Below, piece after piece: positions 8,517 to 19,570 of a stretch of DNA of 32,000 nt; positions within the stretch are counted from its first letter, which is position 1, and the number at the start of each line of letters is the position of its first letter. Source of the stretch: Raphidiopsis brookii D9 (GTDB taxonomy: Bacteria > Cyanobacteriota > Cyanobacteriia > Cyanobacteriales > Nostocaceae); NCBI GenBank assembly GCA_000175855.1, contig ACYB01000027.1, forward strand, positions 870-32,869, read 5' to 3'. The position numbers and the translations under genes are program-made. Under the pieces are notes generated by a model that ran no database searches, had not been told where the DNA came from, and worked only from the letters and a program-made list of their open reading frames with translations.

Positions 8517-9866
8517 TCATTGGGTTCTTACGTCGTTCATTTTTAGAACATCATTTAAAATTTGCTCATTGTTATTATCTCGGAAATAAAAATAATTGTA
8601 CAAACAGATGGATATCGATAACATTATCATTCCCTCTATAATCATCAAAAATCCAACACCTCGACCTGGACCTGTGGCAATTAATTTGCCAATACTATTG
8701 GCAAGTATGCCATTAACATGCAGCATGGGCTCTAAAAATTTATCCGTTAGTGGACTGGCACTAAGATTACCAATAGCCACACCTAAGCCCACAGAAGTAT
8801 GTAGAAATGAAAGCACTCGCCCTTGCACATTTGGATCAACGCTATTTTGCCAAATCGCACTGTTGTATCCTAAAACTAGGGGTAGGGTAAAGAAGGTAAT
8901 AAACATACCCAGAGCTATAATTGAAACAGAAGGTTGGAATCCGGAAATTATTAGACCAATACCATTGAATGCGCTAAAAATGAATAGGGTGGAAATAGGC
9001 TTTTTACTTCCGCCCCAAAAGGTCATAAATAAGCTCCCAAGAATCATTCCACAGCCAGCAATCGACATAACAATGCCAAAATTTTGAGGGGAAGAAAAGG
9101 ACAAGATTAGGGGATTAATCAAAACATTAGTCATACCGTCTAAAAAGAAATACAGTGTCATAAACATCAGTAAAATAATCAAAAAAATTTGTGATGAAAT
9201 ATTTTGCCAACCATCCACAATTTCATGAATAATGGTAGAAAAACCTAGCCTGGATTTGATACTTCTTTCTGGTTCAGGGATATGAATGATTAAAAGAGTA
9301 AACAAACCAATAAAATAGGTACATAGATCAATTATCAACAAGCCTTTAATTTGGATAATAGCAATAAGTATGGCCGCTAAAATCGGTGCGCCCAGTTGTC
9401 CTATGGCTGTGCTAAGATGAACCAATCCGTTGGCTCTTACAAGGTCATCTTTTTTCACCATCATTGGTAGGGCCGATCCCTTAGAAATCATTTGAAAAGA
9501 ACCACAAACGGATGTAAAAAATGCTGTTATGTAGGTATGCCAAATTTGTAAGTTATCTGTTGCAATAAGCACTATGAGTACTAGAGTTACGGTAGCTGCG
9601 GCTAGGTCACTAAAAATTATGGTCCATTTACGATTCGACCTATCCACTAATGCACCAACAAAGGGCGTGATTACTACTCCAGGTAGGGTTGTAAAAAACA
9701 CGATTAAACTCAATCCCGCAACTTCGTGGGTGTTTTGATAAACCCAGATACCCAAACCAAAACCTGTCAAACGATTCCCAATTTCTGACAAAGATTGCCC
9801 TAACCAGAAAATAATAAATCTACGTAATTCACCTACTATTAGTACCAGGTTAGTAGCATAGTCCAT
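8517..9866 (-). CDS. Major facilitator superfamily transporter (EntS-like)
   Basis: 449 aa, about 12 hydrophobic segments; cytoplasmic loop GALVDRSNRKWTIIFSD typical of this MFS subfamily. Confidence 0.85.
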   Translation of the reverse strand: MDYATNLVLIVGELRRFIIFWLGQSLSEIGNRLTGFGLGIWVYQNTHEVAGLSLIVFFTTLPGVVITPFVGALVDRSNRKWTIIFSDLAAATVTLVLIVLIATDNLQIWHTYITAFFTSVCGSFQMISKGSALPMMVKKDDLVRANGLVHLSTAIGQLGAPILAAILIAIIQIKGLLIIDLCTYFIGLFTLLIIHIPEPERSIKSRLGFSTIIHEIVDGWQNISSQIFLIILLMFMTLYFFLDGMTNVLINPLILSFSSPQNFGIVMSIAGCGMILGSLFMTFWGGSKKPISTLFIFSAFNGIGLIISGFQPSVSIIALGMFITFFTLPLVLGYNSAIWQNSVDPNVQGRVLSFLHTSVGLGVAIGNLSASPLTDKFLEPMLHVNGILANSIGKLIATGPGRGVGFLMIIEGMIMLSISICLYNYFYFRDNNNEQILNDVLKMNDVRTQ

Positions 9867-9961
9867 AGATTTTCCTGTTATCTCCCCTTCTTTATTACAA
9901 TACTATTGCCAATTTTTCTGGGTTCTCCGATCTGGGATGCGCTATCCCGTTTAGGTTAGTA

Positions 9962-10990
9962 TTATTCTCGTGGTAGTGCATTAGCAACTACGACCATATC
10001 AATTAAATGTAATTTTTTTAATGTTTCATTTTGATTTACCTGTTGTTCAAGTTCCAAGATTTCCTCTACACTCTCAATTGGTTTAATTGGTCGATAGAGC
10101 CGAGCTTGAATTTGGGGATATTCAATATATGTGCCACCTTCCATAGTTTTATGTGTATAAAACTGGGAGTGGTAAGCTTCCCATTTCTTGATGGTAAATA
10201 GGGGTGTTGTGGGCAGTTGATAAAGTGCTGATTCCGACTTGAATTCCTCTAAAAATATTGGTTGTAATCTAGGATTAAAGGGATTATCTAGGATAGTTTC
10301 TAACATTTCAAAAGGTATATATCTAACTCCTAATCCTGCACCTAAACCATTCTTACAAATTTTGGCAAATTCCGAGCGCGTAATTAAAACATGTTGATGA
10401 GCAAACTCCTTCTGGGCACGGATATGATAGAGGACGGGAGATTTACAAGCAAATATCACTAAAGAACCATTTGGCTTAAGGAAATTATAAAAAGCCGCAA
10501 TACTTTCTTGGATAACATCTAAACAAATATGCTCAAAAATGTGGGAACAAACGATCAGGTCAAAAGGCCCATATTGGGCAATATCTGGACTTTGCATCAC
10601 TTCATTGACAACATGGACTTTCTCACTATTGAGATGTGATGTATAAGCCAATAAGTTATTGTATTCCTGAGTTAGCCAAAAACCGTCATCTTTTAATTTT
10701 TTCAATAGTTCCTGATCATCATTCAGTAGACACTGAGCGACTAAGGAAGTGTGTAGAAATCTCCGGTGGTCAGGTTCGACTAAAACAATCTTTTTGGCTG
10801 TCCAAAAACGCGGTAGTAATCTGCCCAGTCCACACCCAGCATCCAGAATAACTGCATCAGGGGTAATCAAGTCTTGAATGTTGTTGGACCAAACTTCCTG
10901 ATCTCTGGCTTTCCAGGCTTGATGAGTAATATCTGTAACCCGCTGGTATGGGTCAACTGTTTCATACACTGTAGCAGTAATCTTTTCCAT
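9962..10990 (-). CDS. Class I SAM-dependent methyltransferase
   Basis: 342 aa. Motif I VILDAGCGLGRLLPRF, post-I VLVEPDHRRF, motif IV FDLIVCSHIFEHI. Confidence 0.85.
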   Translation of the reverse strand: MEKITATVYETVDPYQRVTDITHQAWKARDQEVWSNNIQDLITPDAVILDAGCGLGRLLPRFWTAKKIVLVEPDHRRFLHTSLVAQCLLNDDQELLKKLKDDGFWLTQEYNNLLAYTSHLNSEKVHVVNEVMQSPDIAQYGPFDLIVCSHIFEHICLDVIQESIAAFYNFLKPNGSLVIFACKSPVLYHIRAQKEFAHQHVLITRSEFAKICKNGLGAGLGVRYIPFEMLETILDNPFNPRLQPIFLEEFKSESALYQLPTTPLFTIKKWEAYHSQFYTHKTMEGGTYIEYPQIQARLYRPIKPIESVEEILELEQQVNQNETLKKLHLIDMVVVANALPRE

Positions 10991-11088
10991 AATCTATACC
11001 TCAATAAAACTCCAAAAAAACTATTGGTAATAGGTAATTACAACGATTATTGCCATTATAACACTGATATATAACATTGATAAAAGTG

Positions 11089-12483
11089 CTAACTTTCTCC
11101 CCCGACGACCACATCTCGAATCCTTAAACTAGGTCCACCACAACCTACGGGTAACCCATTCTGTCCCCCCTTACCACATCCACCAGATTCATCCCAGTGA
11201 AAATCATCCCCAATTCCTTCTATATCTGCTAAAGTCTGAAAAACATTGCCGGATAGGGTTACATCTTTTACCGGTTCCGCTATTGCTCCATTTCTAATCA
11301 TCCATGCTTCACCTGCACTAAACGTAAACATTTCTCCATTGGTCATTCCTCCTAACCAATTCCGTGCATATACTCCTTCTTTAATATCTGTAAATAAATC
11401 TACCACTGGTGTTTTACCTCTTTCTATCCAAGTGTTGGTCATCCGCACAATAGGGGAAAAATGATAGTCTAAACAACGAGCATTACCCGTGGGTTTTTCT
11501 CCCAATTTACCCGCAGTTTCACGGGAGTGCAAACGTCCTACTAATACCCCATCCTCAATTAATTGGGTGGTTGTGGCGGGCGTTCCCTCATCATCGTACA
11601 AATAACTACCCCGATGACCTGGAGATCCTGCACCATCAAAAATTTGTAGTTCCTCTGGACCAAAACGTCTCCCCAAGGTCATCACTTCCAGTAAATCTGG
11701 ATTCTCATAGGCCATGTCCGCTTCTGAAAGATGACCGAAGGCTTCATGCACAAATAATCCTGTCAGTATGGGGTCAATAACTACAGTGTAGGTGTTACCT
11801 TTGACTGGTGGTAGAGATAAGGCCGTGACTGCTCTTTGGGCAGCTCCTTGTACTAAAGTGTCTAAATTGACTAAGTCATCATAATCTTTACGTGAACCTA
11901 CTGTTTCTCTCCCAGTTTGTACTGTGTCCCCATTCCTGGCTGTGGCAGCAAATCTCATTTCCATATCTACCCATGACTGCTCTATTAGGGTTCCTTCAGA
12001 AGTGGCAATTATTACTTTCTGACTACTATCGTTGTAACGAACGGATGTGGTCGTGATCCGAGAATCAACGCCCTTTAGTATTTCCCGGTAGCGATCGCAT
12101 AATTGTTTTTTCTTTTTTAAAGGAACCGTGGATGGGTCAATACCAGTTATGCCTAGTTTGTAAGTGGATTGAATAACAGGAATAGGAGCGAGAATGGTCT
12201 GTTCATCTCCGACTGTGCGTGCTGCGGAGATAGCTTCTTGAATGCGTTCTTCAATATCGGCAATGTGGTTGAAGCTAGTTAAACCCCAACCACCTTTATG
12301 ACAAGCCCGAACATGGGCACCCATGGAAACGCCTTCGCTAAGAGTTTCTACTTTATCACCTCGCAACAAGATATCGGTTCCCTCTGCTTCTTCCAGTCGA
12401 ATCATTAAGTAGTCAACCTGATTTTTATAGCGAGCAATCAGGTAGTTAAGCAAATCATGGGTGTCCTTGGTTAGTCTAAACAT
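11089..12483 (-). CDS. tldD: TldD/PmbA family metalloprotease
   Basis: 464 aa; metal-binding HEAFGHLSEAD (HExxxH), C-terminal GCGKGGQNGLPVGCGGPSLRIRDVVVGG. Confidence 0.9.
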   Translation of the reverse strand: MFRLTKDTHDLLNYLIARYKNQVDYLMIRLEEAEGTDILLRGDKVETLSEGVSMGAHVRACHKGGWGLTSFNHIADIEERIQEAISAARTVGDEQTILAPIPVIQSTYKLGITGIDPSTVPLKKKKQLCDRYREILKGVDSRITTTSVRYNDSSQKVIIATSEGTLIEQSWVDMEMRFAATARNGDTVQTGRETVGSRKDYDDLVNLDTLVQGAAQRAVTALSLPPVKGNTYTVVIDPILTGLFVHEAFGHLSEADMAYENPDLLEVMTLGRRFGPEELQIFDGAGSPGHRGSYLYDDEGTPATTTQLIEDGVLVGRLHSRETAGKLGEKPTGNARCLDYHFSPIVRMTNTWIERGKTPVVDLFTDIKEGVYARNWLGGMTNGEMFTFSAGEAWMIRNGAIAEPVKDVTLSGNVFQTLADIEGIGDDFHWDESGGCGKGGQNGLPVGCGGPSLRIRDVVVGGES

Positions 12484-12519
12484 CTTTCTAGTTTTGTTTA
12501 TAAGCTTGGCTATAATTAT

Positions 12520-12959
12520 TCAACCATCTTGATCACTGTTAGGTCTAAAAACATATTTTTCAGCCACCTTCCAATAACGGGAAAATCTTTTCAGGTCAAG
12601 AAAACCATCATAATCAAAAAAGGGTTCCACTGCTAATACTTCCAAATCTAAATGGGGGCGAATCAAATCGCAAATTTGTGCAAATTTGGGACTGGGGCTC
12701 TTAGTAGTGATAACTAAACCAGTATTGTTTTCTCTGGCAAATCTAATCACTTCCTGTGCTACATCTCCCCGACGAATTTCCACTGGTAACTCTATTAGAC
12801 ATTCATAAATGAAAGTTATTCTTTTTAAACTAAGTTGCCATTCTGCAATTAAAAGCATCATCCCAGACCCAAATTGCTGAACTACCAGGATATTTCTTGA
12901 AAGCAGGACTATGGGGACTTAAACAGTCTCCGTTAACCCAAACTATTGGTTGATTCATA
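12520..12959 (-). pseudogene. Small photolyase-N-terminal-like protein, split by a 1-nt frameshift
   Basis: An ATG at 12957-12959 encodes MNQPIVWVNGDCLSPHSPAFKKYPGSSAIWVWDDA; the frame then shifts in a T4 run (A4 on + strand, 12851-12854) into LIAEWQLSLKRITFIYECLIELPVEIRRGDVAQEVIRFAREN...FDYDGFLDLKRFSRYWKVAEKYVF. Confidence 0.65.
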
Positions 12960-12973
12960 TTCAATTAAATATA

Positions 12974-13786
12974 CTAAATATATATATTTACTAATTCAGC
13001 GGTTTTGGATGGTGTCAACTCCTGAACATTGGTCAACAGTATATTTGCACCTGCTTGCAGCATAATTTTCTGATAAGCATCTCTACGGGATGGAGTTTCC
13101 TGAACATGGGGTGGTAAAACTCCTACAGATACCCAGGTTCGAGAACTGTCCAAAATTTTGGCTTTGGCTACAGTGTGCATATCCGCTACTGTATCCCCTA
13201 CATATATAACCGGTTGTTTTTTGTTTTGGTCTTGTTTGGCAATTTCTAAAAGATTAATGGTAGCGAAAAGTCCTGTAGGGTCAGGTTTACCAGGTGCATC
13301 TTCCATGGCGATTAAAACTGGAGATTTTAAACCTAAGCGACGCTCCAACACATAACTAGCAGATCCACGAGTTGCACCACTAAAAAATCCCCAGCTGATA
13401 TTTGCCTGGGTCAGGGACTCCAAATAACTTGGTTCTAATAATAGGGGTTCATCACAAATATAACCATTCCAGTTTTCTGTGTCAGTACCGCGATAACGAG
13501 ATTGAAAATAGGCAACAATGCTCTCATAATCTAATTGTAACTCTTCCCTTTGGTAACCCTGACTCACAAAATAACGGTAAATCAACTCTTGGGAACCCTC
13601 CCAATCATTGTTCCATATCCCCTCAGATTTGAGGTCGTCAATATCCGTAACCGTAGGACGATAGGCATAGTTAGTAAAATATTCTACTGTATCTGCCAAA
13701 GCACGGCGGTAAGAACCACTCACATCCCGAATTACACCATCAATGTCAAAAACAATTATCATAATTAAGCTAAGAGCTAAATACAT
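12974..13786 (-). CDS. HAD-superfamily hydrolase (subfamily IA, TIGR01548-like)
   Basis: HAD motif I VFDIDGVIRDVSGSYRRA, motif III/IV GKPDPTGL...VIYVGDTVADM. Start probably the internal Met of MIIVFDIDG. Confidence 0.8.
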   Translation of the reverse strand: MYLALSLIMIIVFDIDGVIRDVSGSYRRALADTVEYFTNYAYRPTVTDIDDLKSEGIWNNDWEGSQELIYRYFVSQGYQREELQLDYESIVAYFQSRYRGTDTENWNGYICDEPLLLEPSYLESLTQANISWGFFSGATRGSASYVLERRLGLKSPVLIAMEDAPGKPDPTGLFATINLLEIAKQDQNKKQPVIYVGDTVADMHTVAKAKILDSSRTWVSVGVLPPHVQETPSRRDAYQKIMLQAGANILLTNVQELTPSKTAELVNIYI

Positions 13787-13946
13787 TAAATCAAATTATT
13801 AGATTATCTGGCAACTTTGCACAAATGGGGATCTTTGTCAAGACCAGATATTTGGGTGGAAACAAAAATATTGGCGTTGCAGAACATCTGATATTATGTA
13901 TACGTAGCCAGGCGAAAACTATAAAATTAAATTAAGGTGTGGAAAC

Positions 13947-14468
13947 ATGTTTAAAGTTTACCCTAAGCAGCTATTAACCTACTACTTCGAGGAACAATTT
14001 AGGTACTACCATTTGGTTTTTCTAGGGTTACTAGCATTATCAGGAGTATACTCAATTAGCTACCTCAGGGGGCAAAATCAAGTTAAAAGTTCATTCAATC
14101 CTCCATCTGTACAGGTAGCTAAAGTGGTGACAAACAGACCCAGTTCCATAAAGGTTGCCAGACCTGTCGTGAAGATCAATAAACAAAAAGCGGTCAAAGC
14201 TGTTTGGAATTTACGACAAGTACAACGGAAAGCCAAGGAGATTAAAACCCTTTCCCAGGGAGCTATTAATGTGGGTGTAGTTGTTAGCAGCTATCCAAAA
14301 ATTAGTCAACCATTTTACACTGTCAAAGTGTTAGAAAATCACCCTGACAGCACCACCAGTCCGGTTTATTGGTTTCGAGTTTCCAGCTCTAATGGTGCAA
14401 TTCAACCCCTAGATTTAGTAAGTAATAAATACACAACTTTGGCAAACTGGAATCCCGATGGTATTTAA
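13947..14468 (+). CDS. Hypothetical membrane-anchored protein
   Basis: 173-aa ORF with one N-terminal hydrophobic segment (YYHLVFLGLLALSGVYSISYL). Confidence 0.6.
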   Translation: MFKVYPKQLLTYYFEEQFRYYHLVFLGLLALSGVYSISYLRGQNQVKSSFNPPSVQVAKVVTNRPSSIKVARPVVKINKQKAVKAVWNLRQVQRKAKEIKTLSQGAINVGVVVSSYPKISQPFYTVKVLENHPDSTTSPVYWFRVSSSNGAIQPLDLVSNKYTTLANWNPDGI

Positions 14469-14552
14469 CTAACTAATTCCTGACCACTTTCAGCCTTTGA
14501 GTAATCATGGTAACACCATCATCGCGAACGATGACGGCAGAAATCCATTGGT

Positions 14553-15263
14553 TTACTGGTTGTAAGGGAGCAGTGCCAGTTTTAAATAACCCCCCGTACT
14601 AAGTAATTCCAAGTTTATTGGTGTAGGATTAAGATACTTATTAGGTTTAATAGTTTCTTCCATAGCGGTTCCCAGGAGGAAGTTATTACCTAATGGCTCC
14701 TTTACAATGGCATCAAAAGCATATTTTTCACCCACCTTCACTTGTTGTGGTAACCTAAATTCCACCTGGGGAGGTTTTTTACCCGATGTCATTTGAGTTC
14801 GTTCTGACAAAATTTCTTGATGGGTAATTTGTGTACCCCTAATGTGCTGTCTTGAAGTGATAGCTGCATTTATGGCAAGAGGACTAGTCTTGTCGGAGGA
14901 TAGACCCGTAATCCGGGTTACAGTTTCTGCAATGATAGTCTTACCATTTGACTTCCAGGATTGTAATTTTGTCTGATAGCTCAATTTAGGGTATCTTTGC
15001 CAAAAGGATTTTAAAGACTGCTCCATAGCTTGTCGAGTTAATCCATCCCCATGGGTAAATTTGGAACTATAAAATCCCATGACTCCCTTGATGTCACCAC
15101 GACTGGAAGCAGCATCAATTTCAGCAATCAGCTTTTTCAGTTGGGGGGGTGCATTACCTGGGGTTGATGTTTGTGTTTGTGCGTATGCACAACTAACTAT
15201 ATCCAGACTCAACCAGAATGAGAACAAAGCAGTACTAAAGAGTAGTTTTTGGTTTGGGTGCAT
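14553..15263 (-). CDS. Secreted NTF2/SnoaL-like protein; C-terminus probably frameshifted
   Basis: Signal-peptide-like N-terminus (LFSTALFSFWLSLDIVSCAYA), then KKLIAEIDAASSRGDIKGVMGFYSSKFTHGDGLTRQAMEQSLKSFW. One extra G in the G6 run would extend it to a stop at 14473-14475. Confidence 0.6.
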   Translation of the reverse strand: MHPNQKLLFSTALFSFWLSLDIVSCAYAQTQTSTPGNAPPQLKKLIAEIDAASSRGDIKGVMGFYSSKFTHGDGLTRQAMEQSLKSFWQRYPKLSYQTKLQSWKSNGKTIIAETVTRITGLSSDKTSPLAINAAITSRQHIRGTQITHQEILSERTQMTSGKKPPQVEFRLPQQVKVGEKYAFDAIVKEPLGNNFLLGTAMEETIKPNKYLNPTPINLELLSTGGYLKLALLPYNQ

Positions 15264-15499
15264 GAATAAACCAACAATTCAAATAAGTCTAGTGAGTTTA
15301 GTTAACAATAGCTAACAAGAGCTACTAATAATAGTTTACTAAGTTGTCCGTGAGATGGGAAAATTCTGCGTTAAATAACAGGATATATTGCCATCCCTGT
15401 TGTATCCCATTGTAGGATCCAATTATAGGGTGCAATCAAAAAAAATGCAGTAACTACAAAAAAATCTCAGGAATAAACAGTATAACGGTATAAATTACT

Positions 15500-16618
15500 A
15501 TGGTAAACGGAAGGTTAAAACTATTAGTAGCTGCTAGTGGTACGGGTGGACATTTATTTCCAGCGATCGCTCTGGCCGAGAAATTGACGGAATATGATAT
15601 CGAATGGTTAGGAGTACCCAATAGACTGGAAACCCAGCTAGTGCCAAACCAATACCCCCTACATACTATCCCAGTGGAAGGTTTTCAGAAGGGTCTGAGT
15701 TTAGCTTCTTTAACTGTCATCTGGAAACTGGTCCGGTCCATTTTTTGGGTGAGACAGATTCTTCATCAAGGTCGGTTTCAAGGAGTATTCACTACAGGTG
15801 GCTATATCGCCAGTCCAGCTATTATTGCAGCTCGTTCCTTGGGGTTACCAGTTATTTTTCATGAGTCCAATGCTCTACCTGGAAAGGTGACCCGATTTTT
15901 CGGTTCCTATTGCACTAGAGTGGCTATAGGATTTGACGTAACTACCAAATATTTACCCAATGCTAAAACTGTATGTGTTGGCACCCCCGTGCGATCGCAG
16001 TTTTTAAACCGCAAAGCCAATTCTCCACTAGAGTTACCCATACCCGATGAAGCACCCTTAATTGTAGTTTTTGGGGGTAGTCAGGGAGCAGTAGGGGTAA
16101 ATCAATTGGTTAGACAAGCAGTAATTGCTTGGTGTAATGCAGGAGCTTATGTTGTCCACTTGACGGGAGATAAGGATCCTGATGCTAACAGTTTACAACA
16201 CCCCCAATACATAGTTTTACCCTTCTATGAAAATATGGCAGGTTTGTTGGGTCGAGCTAATCTAGCTATTAGTCGTTCTGGAGCTGGGAGTTTAGCCGAG
16301 TTGGCAGTTTGTGGTACTCCTGCTATTTTAATTCCCTATCCTTTTGCAGCGGAAGATCATCAATCCTATAATGCTGCTGTTTTTACCAAGGCTGGTGCTG
16401 CTTTAACTTTTCAACAATCAAAACTAACAGCAGTAATTTTACAGAACCAAGTTTTAGAACTATTAAAGTCGCCAACAATTTTACAAGGGATGAGTCATAG
16501 TGCTAAAGCTATAGCTGTTGTCGATAGTGCTGAGCAATTGGCTGAATTGGTGAGACAGATTTTCAGTTCCAACCACACCCAAACCAAGAGTTTAGAAAAA
16601 CGAGAAATTTTCCACTGA
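15500..16618 (+). CDS. murG: UDP-N-acetylglucosamine--N-acetylmuramyl-(pentapeptide) pyrophosphoryl-undecaprenol N-acetylglucosamine transferase
   Basis: SGTGGHLFPAIALAEKL, TGGYIASPAIIAARSLGLPVIFHESNALPG, FGGSQGA, SRSGAGSLAELAVCGTPAILIPYPFAAEDHQSYNA. Confidence 0.95.
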   Translation: MVNGRLKLLVAASGTGGHLFPAIALAEKLTEYDIEWLGVPNRLETQLVPNQYPLHTIPVEGFQKGLSLASLTVIWKLVRSIFWVRQILHQGRFQGVFTTGGYIASPAIIAARSLGLPVIFHESNALPGKVTRFFGSYCTRVAIGFDVTTKYLPNAKTVCVGTPVRSQFLNRKANSPLELPIPDEAPLIVVFGGSQGAVGVNQLVRQAVIAWCNAGAYVVHLTGDKDPDANSLQHPQYIVLPFYENMAGLLGRANLAISRSGAGSLAELAVCGTPAILIPYPFAAEDHQSYNAAVFTKAGAALTFQQSKLTAVILQNQVLELLKSPTILQGMSHSAKAIAVVDSAEQLAELVRQIFSSNHTQTKSLEKREIFH

Positions 16619-16714
16619 TTTTAACTCTTTACTTCCCCACTAGTCAAGTTTTAGATTAGAATGAGGTATTGCAAACCATAGCAAGTTATAGCCGGATTTT
16701 CCCCGGAGGTACGA

Positions 16715-17014
16715 TTGACCAAATTTATCTTAAAAATTCTCTGGTTAGATGATAATGTGGCCTTAGCAGTGGACCAAGTTGTCGGTAAAGGTACTAGTCC
16801 CCTGACTAAATATTTCTTCTGGCCCCGTAATGATGCTTGGGAAGAACTCAAGAAGGAGTTGGAATCCAAACACTGGATCAGTAATCCTGATCGCGTGGAA
16901 TTACTGAACAAGGCCACAGAGGTGATTAATTATTGGCAGGAAGAGGGTAAAAACCGCCCCATGTCTGAAGCACAGTTAAAGTTTCCCGAAGTTGCTTTCA
17001 CTGGTAGCACTTGA
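16715..17014 (+). CDS. ycf65: Ribosomal protein PSRP-3/Ycf65
   Basis: [48 protein letters not shown] and EVINYWQE are highly characteristic. Non-ATG (TTG) start. Confidence 0.9.
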   Translation: MTKFILKILWLDDNVALAVDQVVGKGTSPLTKYFFWPRNDAWEELKKELESKHWISNPDRVELLNKATEVINYWQEEGKNRPMSEAQLKFPEVAFTGST

Positions 17015-17036
17015 TTGCTCTCTCCGCCAATTAAAC

Positions 17037-17064
17037 CTGCATGATGGTTACTACCACCATGCAG
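17037..17064. terminator. Hairpin between convergent ycf65 and atpC, candidate bidirectional terminator
   Basis: CTGCATGATGGT-TACT-ACCACCATGCAG: 12-bp stem with one mismatch and a 4-nt loop, followed by T-rich TCTGTTGTTTATTTT. Confidence 0.6.
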
Positions 17065-17083
17065 TCTGTTGTTTATTTTATCC

Positions 17084-17497
17084 TCATACCATACCACCAG
17101 CAGCTTGGAAGCGAGCTCGAGCCCGTTTTAATGCTGCCGTAGCCTGTATTTGGGCTTGCCTGTCTCCTCCTGCAACCTGGTTTAGTTTAGTTTGAGCTGC
17201 GTTAAACTCCGAACGAGCTTCCTCTAAATTAATAGTGTCACCACGCTGAGCCCCATTTACCAGGATAGTTACTTCATCTTCTTCAACTTCCGCAAAACCA
17301 CCTAAAAGAGCTATGGACTGCCAGTTGGCATTTTTCTCTGCCCTTACACGCATTACACCTATGTCTAATGCGGTTAACATGGGAGCGTGACCACTTAGTA
17401 CACCTAATTGACCAGTAGTGCTAGGGAGGATTACCTCATCAGCAGGACCATCCCAGACGGTTTTATCTGGGGAAACTACACGAATGGTTAATGTCAT
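17084..17497 (-). CDS. atpC: ATP synthase F1 epsilon subunit
   Basis: [52 protein letters not shown]. The tracked ORF starts upstream at 17536; MTLTIRV is the likely start. Confidence 0.93.
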   Translation of the reverse strand: MTLTIRVVSPDKTVWDGPADEVILPSTTGQLGVLSGHAPMLTALDIGVMRVRAEKNANWQSIALLGGFAEVEEDEVTILVNGAQRGDTINLEEARSEFNAAQTKLNQVAGGDRQAQIQATAALKRARARFQAAGGMV

Positions 17498-17568
17498 CTG
17501 TCTGTTTTCCTTGATTATTTCTAATTTGTCAGTCACTAGTTGTTGAGACTAGTGACTAGTGACAATGA

Positions 17569-19047
<1,479 letters not shown>

Positions 19048-19171
19048 TCAAGTTGGTCTTCAAAGACCACAAGATCAAGCAATATCATCTTTTAGGTTAG
19101 CACTTAACGATCCCATCTTTGCTCTAAATTCATCATTTGCCAAGAATTTCCTTTGGAGCAAATTTCTTCTC

Positions 19172-19570
19172 CTATTTCTTGGTCGCTATGGCCAATTTCA
19201 CCCCTTCCACTTGTCTTATTTGATCCATTACCGCTACTACCTGCCCATGACTAACGGATTTGTCTGCATTAATTACTACAATTAATGGCTTTGATGGTTT
19301 CCTTTGTGATTTTACTTCTTTTGACAACTGCTGTAAATTAATTTTTTGTTGATTCAAAAAAATCTGGCCCTGGGGATTAATTGTCACTGTTATTTGCGGA
19401 GGGGGACCAGTTTGGGTTGTTCCCCCTTGAGGCAAATTTACAGGTAAGCTATTGAAACGGGTCAAGTATAAAGATGACATGATAAAAAAAGTCAAGATTG
19501 CGAATATAACATCAATCATGGGCACAATATTAATTTGTGCTGGTATATCCGGTTCATCTGGTAGACGCAT
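19172..19570 (-). CDS. ExbD/TolR family protein
   Basis: INIVPMIDVIFAILTFFIMSSLYL; C-terminal VVINADKSVSHGQVVAVMDQIRQ. Likely start MRLPDEPD at about 19570; the tracked ORF extends to 19591. Confidence 0.9.
   Translation of the reverse strand: MRLPDEPDIPAQINIVPMIDVIFAILTFFIMSSLYLTRFNSLPVNLPQGGTTQTGPPPQITVTINPQGQIFLNQQKINLQQLSKEVKSQRKPSKPLIVVINADKSVSHGQVVAVMDQIRQVEGVKLAIATKK

Noticed and set aside
8596-9087. 163-aa ORF antisense to the MFS transporter
   Set aside because: Shadow ORF opposite a well-supported membrane protein; Pro/Ile/Lys-rich, no domain logic.
12961-12985. AT-rich run TATACTAAATATATATATTTA downstream of the HAD hydrolase gene
   Set aside because: Short low-complexity sequence in an operon junction; not a supported regulatory element.
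15264-15499. Possible structured RNA in the spacer upstream of murG
   Set aside because: AT-rich, no tRNA cloverleaf and no convincing long stem found by eye.
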